This document shows positions 51,656 through 59,151 of a DNA stretch of 59,151 nt, piece after piece. A program made the translations under genes and the position numbers. The notes beneath the pieces are model-generated. The model did not search any database. It saw only the letters and a program-made list of their open reading frames with translations, and was not told the DNA's origin. The stretch spans positions 74,394-133,544 of the forward strand of contig NIVC01000910.1 in the NCBI GenBank assembly GCA_002269645.1. The letters run 5' to 3'. Position 1 is the stretch's first letter. Each line of letters begins with the position of its first letter. The stretch comes from Macrostomum lignano (Eukaryota).

Positions 51656-54600
51656 ATGGCTGAAGAGGTGAGTGCAGCAGTGATCAAGGCCACACAGAGC
51701 TCGCTTGGCAAATATGTGAAGCGACCGCCGCTAACAGAAAAATTGCTGGGCCGGCCGCCGTTCAAGTATCTGCACGACATCTTCACGGCAGTGATGAAGA
51801 GCACAGGTTTTATGGAGGGCCTGTTCACCGGGCCCGAGATGAACCCCGACAGTTTCAAGGATCGCGACTCAAAAATGGCGTACCTGGACAAAGTGATCCG
51901 CATGGTTGGTGAGTAGCCAAATATTAAGTATTTGGTATTTGGAGCTTTAGAAACGATTCTGTAAACCAATATCAGGTCTGCACAATCCATTTGTAAAAAC
52001 TTCGCCTCCAACCCAATCCAGGGCTGGTCAACGGCAAAGAGGTGGCGGCGAAACCTTCCGCAATTGTGGCTGGCAAGGAGGCCGAAAAGACCAACGCGTT
52101 TCTGCAGGACCTTGCGGCTGCTATTGGCAAAAAGGTTCGATTCAACTATATGTAGGGAATGACGAATGCAGGGAATCGAAAGCTGGCCTCCTTGCAAATT
52201 TGCACGATTTCCGAGTGCTTTAGTCGTCCATGAACCTACGCCTTTCCCCGCAGGCAAATAACGCCGATTTCGTCAAGCGCGTCCTCAACGGCGAGGGCCC
52301 GGCGGCGTCGACGGCAGGCTCCTCTAAAAAGCCATCGCGCGAGGACGGCGGCGGCAGCAAAGAGCGGCGCAAAGACGACAAACCGGACGAAGGCAGCCGG
52401 GACAAGAAGCGGGGCCGGGACGAGGGCGGAAAGGACAGAAGCCGCGACAGGGAGAAGGAGCGGGACAAAGAGCGGGAGAAGGACAAAGACCGAGAACGTG
52501 AGAAAGGCAAAGACAGAGAGCGAGAGAAGGACAAAGACCGGGAGAGAGAAAAAGACAAAGAGCGAGAGCGAGAGAAAGGCAAAGACAGAGAGCGAGAGAA
52601 GGACAAAGACCGGGAGAGAGAAAAAGACAAAGAGCGAGAGCGAGAAAAAGGCAAAGAACGGGAGAGTAGAGATAGCAGAGGGAAAGAGAGAGACAGAGGT
52701 CGAGGCGAAAAAGACGACGACAAAGACCGGAAGCGAGGACGAGGCGGCGATAAGGATAAGGTGAGCCGCTCTTCAGAGAGGCGATAGCTCGGGTTAAATA
52801 AATCTCTAATTAATAATATTTTCCACTAGATTACAATCGGCCCCATAAAACTGGAATAACAAACTCAAAAAAAATTCGCACGCAGCGAGAAAAACCCAAA
52901 CAGCCCATTGTCAACAAGCCCGTCGACAAGTCGACAAAAAAATCGGCGGCGGCGCCGGCGCCCTCAGCTCCCCCCGCCGGCGGCGCCGCCATCTCGGCTT
53001 CTAAGGTAACCAGCTTGAATCACCGCGCCAGGCTATTGTAAAGCCTTTGAAAGAGTAGAGAAGCAAAAAAACAATGCATGTGGAGAAGAAAAAGCATTTG
53101 TTGTTAGCTTTAGATTGTGAGCCCGCACGCATGCACAACTGAAGTAGATCAAGGAAGCTACACTCGGTTTACTTAGAAATCAGCTGGAGGCCGGTAAGGA
53201 ACGTGCATTTTTCGCATCACCAGTGCGAAGTCTATGGTAAAACCCCATTCAACGCTATGCGTTCTCTAGAAGCTAATCAACTCATTTCTAAGAAAATCAA
53301 GTGCAGCGTCCTTCAGCTTCAGTTGCCCAATGCCCGCACAGTGCACTGTGTTTTAGCGCTCTGATGCAAATGGTATTTTATAATTGAGCTTCACAGTTAT
53401 GCTTCACAGTGAAATGATTTACACGATTGTGCACGCAAACATGAGTAGTTCAGAGTTCTCAGTCAGTACAGCGGCTTTGCTTGCGAATATTCCCGTTAGC
53501 AACAACGCGACGACGACGGCATACGGACGGACGAAGGCGGTGGAGCTTCGCAGCCCGGCTCCCGTCAGGGCTCCGCTGCAGAGGCGAGGTCGCAGCCGGT
53601 TGGTGCCCCAACAGTCGACTTCCAGCAAGCTGGTTCTAATCTTTTAGCTAGGGTCGCTTTGGCTTCTAAATTGACCTCACTTATACTATACGAAGGCTGA
53701 GTCATATGTTCGTGGACAAATAATAATAATGTTGATTACACCTGCCCCAATTGGGCCAGATGTGCAACCGACAGCTCAGCCGCAGCTATCGCGCGGCGCA
53801 TCTGAAGGCTGCGTACGGCTGTTCAGTCCAAGGAGTGGGAGGTCGCCACACACCCTCAATTACCCAAGCAAATGCTGGCACCCATTTTACAGCTGGGTGA
53901 ACTGAAGCAATGCAGAGTTAAGTGTCTTGCTCAAGGACACAAATGGTTCCAGTGGGATCTGGAATCGAATCCCCGACCTTCAAGTCGTGAGTCCGATGCT
54001 CAAACCACTAAACTACAACCCCTTTCTCGCAGCGAGAAAGACAAAACAGCCTATTGTAAAAGCAAGCAGTGCCGAGTCTTGTCACATAATTGCCCTTCAT
54101 CTGAACACACTTTCCTGGGCAAAGAATTCCTGGGGGGTCGTTTATCCCCACTGGTAGATTGCGGAATTTAGTGCAGACACACTGCTGTAGAATTCCAGCC
54201 TGTTTCTTTATCTTTAGCAGCAGATGTGGCAGATTGTGGCAGAGGTACCACTTATGACATCGAGCACTTGTCAGCGAACTTGTGACACAGCCATCGTAGC
54301 TCATGTCACAAACACTCAAGGACTTCTATTGTTGAAGGATTGGCCACTCTCAAGACATGTTTAGCTTTAGTTAGTCATAGTTCTGAGAAACTTTCACCGC
54401 AAGCAAGGTTCTAAGTCAGAGATATTAAAAACAACTGTCGAAAATCGAAATCCATTAAGTTTTACCGATAAGATTGCCGCTTCATTCTGCTTAGAAGAGT
54501 CCTTGATTTGTGACTGAGCAGCATCCTCGGATTATCGCCAATCTCTGTATTTTACTCTTAAGTTTATTTGTTATCAAAGTCTTCATTCTTGATTTTATTT

Positions 54601-57600
54601 TCAACCGTGCTCTGTTTATTACATTTATGCAATTCATTTCTCCCTGTCTCTGCCACAGACATCAAAAACAACAGCTGGGTCGCTCCATTTTTTTTAGAGT
54701 TTATTTCGTTAATTCTTGCATGGAGCTAACATGGAGCTAGCATGTAACTAGCATGGAAATAGCATGGAGCTAGCATGGAACTAGCATGGAACTAGCATGG
54801 AACTAGCATGGAGCTAGCATGGAGCTAGCATGGAACTAGCATGTAACTACCATGGAGCTAGCATGTAACTAGCATGCAACTAGCATGCAACTAGCATGGA
54901 ACTAGCATGGAACTAGCATGTAACTAGCATGGAACTAGCATGTAACTAGCATGGAACTAGCATGGAACTAGAATGTAACTAGCATGGAGCTAGCATGGAA
55001 CTAGCATGGAACTAGCATGGAACTAGCATGGAACTAGCATGGAGCTAGCATGGAACTAGCATGCAACTAGCATGCAACTAGCATGGAACTAGCATGGAGC
55101 TAGCATGGAACTAGCATGGAACTAGCATGTAACTAGCATGGAGCTAGCATGGAACTAGTATGGAGCTAGCATGGAACTAACACTGGAACTAGTATAGTTC
55201 CAGATTTTTGCCCATGGCCAAAACTGACGGATGTGACGCGATTTGCCCTTCCTACTATGCCATAAAGTTGAAGTTACTGAAAGCAGAAGTTTGTCAAGTT
55301 GCATTGCTATAAAATGGAGCGACTCAATCCAGTGTTTGATGACCTGTGGTCTCTATTAGTCTTATCCTATTCATTAATTTCCTATTATCTTCTATTATAA
55401 TATACTTACCCCATTCTTGTACTGGTAGCTTTTCATATTAACTACCCATTAGGTCATTGTCTTTTAGTTTAAAACACTTAGTGCTGCTAGTGTTTTTGAT
55501 TTTCAATTAAAAATTATTTTACTGTGTAAAGTAATTACATAAGTATAATGTACTGTGTAAACTGTGTAAATTGTTCCACATGTACGTGTACTGTACACAT
55601 TTTCAGGTGAAAGTTTTCTGCATTGCAATTGTCTGCATTTTCTATATTTATCTACTTTCACTGATGTTGTAAAATTACCTACGCGTGAACTGTGCACTGC
55701 ATGCTGAGGTGCTTGGCATGTAGGTATTAGACAATTGCATATCAAAGCTTGACAGACAGATAGACACATGCAGTGATTCAGAACTTACACACTCAGACAG
55801 ATCTACATGCACTCATAAATGCATTATTGACACACAACATCTACTTGAAGTATACACAGACATCTATACAGCATTGACTTGCAGGTCTGTACAGCATTGA
55901 CAGGCAGATCTTTAATCCATAATCCGCAGGCGGGCAACGAAGGCGGCGACGGTGGCAGCGGCCAAAAAGGCTCCAAAGATGACGAGGGCAGCCCGAACAG
56001 AATGCAGCGACCCTCCAGCGCCAAAGGCAATCGGCGCCTACGAGACGGTGAGTTGTCATGGTAACGACTTCAACTTTGGAATTGTAGCTTGTAGAAGTTT
56101 CCGGCGAGAAACCGTAGTAGCTACTCGTATATCCTACTGTAAGAAATGATGCAAAAACAAACTACTAATACTACTTACTTGCTCACAGCAGCTTCGGGAA
56201 ATATTACTTTTGCATTTTCCAGATTTCACAAAATTTTCACTCACCCGTTTTTTGTACTTTATAAAAGAAGACTTTGAAACACCAGTAGGTTTTTTTATGG
56301 AACCACTTGTAGAAAGTGGATGTGAAACTTTAAATCTAAGGTAAATGCGTCTGACATCACTTTTCTCACCATTGACACCTCATCGAAAAAATAATAAACC
56401 GACGATTGTAGGTCGCCGGGCTCCAGCCAGCGCGGACTCAGGTTGAGTTTTAAATTAAGCACCTGACTTTTCTTATGCGCAGTGTGAAAATTGGTAAAAA
56501 TCTTCTGGCAGGCCAGTGGAATATGAATAACATATGCTATATATACTACTGACTGATTTAAGTAGCATCGATTAATGCGATATACTATTGTCAACTGGTT
56601 TGTCTTCTAACATTAATTATCTGTATCTTCTTAGCATAGCACTGCCTCCGTCTCTGTAGGTTCTTGACAATATATACCCATGAATATTCTGGAAGGTGTA
56701 GAATGGATTGCTAATCTATCGTCTATGAATAAAGGTGTAGAATGGATTGCTAATCTATCGTCTATGAATAAAGGTGTAGAATGGATTGCTAATCTATCGT
56801 CTATGAATAAAGGTGTAGAATGGATTGCTAATCTATCGTCTATGAATAAAGGTGTAGAATGGATTGCTAATCTATCGTCTATGAATAAAGGTGTAGAATG
56901 GATTGCTAATCTATCGTCTTTGAATAAAGGTGTAGAATGGATTGCTAATCTATCGTCTATGAATAAAGGTGTAGAATGGATTGCTAATCTATCGTCTATG
57001 AATAAAGGTGTAGAATGGATTGCTAATCTATCGTCTATGAATAAAGGTGTAGAATGGATTGCTAATCTATCGTCTATGAATAAAGGTGTAGAATGGATTG
57101 CTAATCTATCGTCTTTGAATAAAGGTGTAGAATGGATTGCTAATCTATCGTCTATGAATAAAGGAGTAGAATGGATGGGAGTTGACAATCTATAGTTTAT
57201 GGATAGATAAATCGAACGGATTGCTAATCTAGCTAGTGTCCGTTAAGCCTACTGAATAAAATATCCGATTTTTTAAATATCCTTTTATGCATCTCTTCTG
57301 TCTCGAGCCCAGCGATTATGCCAATGTGTTTTGTTGGCTATCCATTAACATGTATACCAAGTGCCAAAAACGTGAACTTCTGTTTTGCTACATTACATAA
57401 TTCCTTAACTGGCAGAATGCGTTCTAACTACTGCTCAGCAATAGATCAGTAGTGCGGTTCGCTAATTGCACTATAAATTAATTTCAAATGGACATTATAA
57501 ATATACTTTCACCCAGGCACAATAGCAATTTGTGTTGGCCATTATTCCACAGTTGCTCCCCAATGTACATTTACCCATGTACAAATATGTCATCACGTGA

Positions 57601-58398
57601 CTGCTTTCCCGCATTTATTATCTTACTATCCACCCCTCTGCATATTTGCATTAGCATGGAATAAGTGTGGAATAATGGCATCTGGGCTGGGCTAAATGCA
57701 ATAAAATGCTTTTGTTTAGTGTATAGCACAGATACTGGAATAACTAGATGGGTCACTTAGCACATTTGCGTGCAAGCTACTTTCAGTTCAGTAGTAAGTT
57801 TAACAGAAACATTTTATTGTATTTTTAAAGCCAAGGCTCATTTATTGGCTCTTACCCCCCAGCTTAAACCCTCCAAGCGCGCCTTTCCACACTATCCCCC
57901 ACCCCGCCCCAATTTCTAATTGGCAGCCTAAAACTGCTGAACCAATTAGCAAGCTGTTTACACCTCCAAGCTTGGGCTTCTAAACTTATCAAAGTCATTT
58001 CAGCCGCCTTTACATGTATTTGTATAAAATAACTTATGTATTCTTCTTTGCTACTGAACTGAAAGTAGAAAGCTGTTTTGCTAAGTATATATGCCTGAGT
58101 GGCCGCCCATCTAGATATTTCAGTATCTGTGGTGCATAGCTAAGTTGTAGCGTAGCGCGCTCGCACTTCTATTCAACACAGCTAGGGATGCATACTGAAC
58201 AAGTCTGCCATTGCACTGATCTAGTTTTGGTATTAACCAAAATCGTCTATATTTATCTGGTTAATCGCCGCACAGACAATCTCTAATGAAAATTCAAATA
58301 AAATATTATTCGGATTTCTATTCTCAAAACTTCCACGTTACCCTTTCAGAAGAAGAGCAGCAGCGCAGGCAAAGAGGTGACGCAGAGGAGCCCAGCGG
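51656..58398 (+). CDS. TRAF3IP1: Intraflagellar transport protein 54 / TRAF3-interacting protein 1 (MIP-T3), 5' part; gene continues beyond the window
   Basis: N-terminal CH-like domain TQSSLGKYVKRPPLTEKLLGRPPFKYLHDIF..KPSAIVAGKEAEKTNAFLQ matches IFT54 as I recall it, followed by a K/E/R/D-rich region and RPSSAKG. Exons 51656-51908, 52022-52134, 52254-52760, then probably 52886-53005, 53500-53598, 55930-56047 and 58350-58398 (phase consistent; the last four are less certain). Confidence 0.9.
53719..54022 (-). mobile_element. tRNA-derived SINE with a CORE(MIR)-like central domain
   Basis: The minus strand begins GGGGTTGTAGTTTAGTGG (A box)..GATTCGATTCC (B box). It continues GTGTCCTTGAGCAAGACACTTAACTC..CAGCTGTAAAATGGG, which resembles the MIR core TGTGACCTTGGGCAAGTCACTTAACC..CATCTGTAAAATGGG, and ends in an (ATT)n tail. 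Confidence 0.7.
54720..55190. repeat. 11-bp minisatellite, about 42 copies (IFT54 intron)
   Basis: Unit CATGGAACTAG. Confidence 0.95.
56052..56065. promoter_or_regulatory. RFX X-box motif in an IFT54 intron, overlapping a 5' splice site
   Basis: GTTGTCATGGTAAC fits the X-box consensus GTTNCCATGGNAAC with one deviation and lies in a core ciliary gene. Confidence 0.55.
56685..57180. repeat. 39-bp minisatellite, about 12 copies (IFT54 intron)
   Basis: Unit GAATGGATTGCTAATCTATCGTCTATGAATAAAGGTGTA. Confidence 0.95.
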
Positions 58399-58889
58399 GT
58401 GAGTGGGGAACAGTCGAGGCAAGGAGCCTCAAATATTTAAATTTTAGGGCTGCGGGCGACATGTCCCACAACCAGCGCTCACACAGGTGTGTACAGCAGC
58501 CCTGACTTTCTAATCGTCGGGAATGTACACTCTTCAATGTACACACGAGGGTTTGGCCCTGATGGCTGTGAATCGCACACGACAACGCCATTTTTTGTAC
58601 TCAAGCCCCAAATATGGCCGCTCATGGAATCAAACCAGGGGTCGAGGCGTGAGGAATTATTAAAAAAAACAGCGAATAACCTACTCTAGAATATCCCAGA
58701 AGTAGCCTCAGAAATGTCTCAGAGTAAGCCTAAGATTCCTAATAATTATTTCTCGGAAAAATAAGCACACAAATATCAACTTATACACCTTGAGAAGCTC
58801 GAGAGTAGCACCTACAATTACCCCAATAGTATCTTCTGAAATACCCACAGAAATACACACAGATGTACCATAGAAATGCCAATCGAAGT

Positions 58890-59151
58890 GCATGTACTCT
58901 CCCAAATACCCCAGAAAGAGTACCCCGAAATACCCAAGAACACATACCCTCCGGAATACCCCAGAAGGAATACCCTCAAAATACCCCAGAAAGAATACCC
59001 TCCGAAATATCCAAGAACAAATACCCTCCGCGAATACCCCAGAAAAAATACCCTTCGAAATATCTCAGAGGTAATACCCTTCAAAACACCTACGAACAAA
59101 TACCTTTCGAAACACCCCCAAAAATACCCTCAGAAAATACCCAAAAATAAT
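58890..59151. repeat. Loose AATACCC(C/T)-GAAA repeat running to the window end
   Basis: Recurrent AATACCC motifs every 15-20 bp. Confidence 0.75.

Noticed and set aside
52220-52723. 167-aa antisense SLSFSR ORF
   Set aside because: Shadow of the purine-rich IFT54 exon 3.
56631-57195. 185-aa and 171-aa repeat ORFs
   Set aside because: Translations of the 39-bp intronic minisatellite.

Overview
Eukaryotic (metazoan invertebrate) genomic DNA. GC-rich exons with GT-AG introns sit in AT-rich sequence packed with minisatellites (about 24 different arrays, roughly 13 kb by my tally). The style would fit a flatworm such as Macrostomum, but the species cannot be proven from sequence. By walking splice sites and checking intron phases by hand I assembled six genes: a 7-exon Ig-superfamily type I membrane protein (-, 4187-23206), an intronless class A peptide GPCR (+, 25409-26491), a 12-exon TRPA1-like channel (-, 27681-35617), a 6-exon 12-Cys probably GPI-anchored surface protein (-, 39396-44542), a 2-exon orphan type I membrane protein (-, 46387-48199), and the 5' part of IFT54/TRAF3IP1 (+, from 51656, running off the window). 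Mobile DNA comprises a 3' fragment of a Penelope-like retroelement with a minimal hammerhead ribozyme, two hAT-type MITEs with perfect 8-bp TSDs, two fold-back/MITE-like elements and a tRNA-headed CORE-like SINE. Most long ORFs in the supplied track are artefacts of tandem repeats. No CRISPR, rRNA or bona fide tRNA was seen. The most interesting items are the hammerhead-bearing Penelope fragment between two arrays that share a 14-bp core, inverted satellites bracketing an in-frame two-exon module, a TRPA1 lacking key electrophile-sensing residues, and RFX X-boxes in and near IFT54. All gene models are manual and untested.
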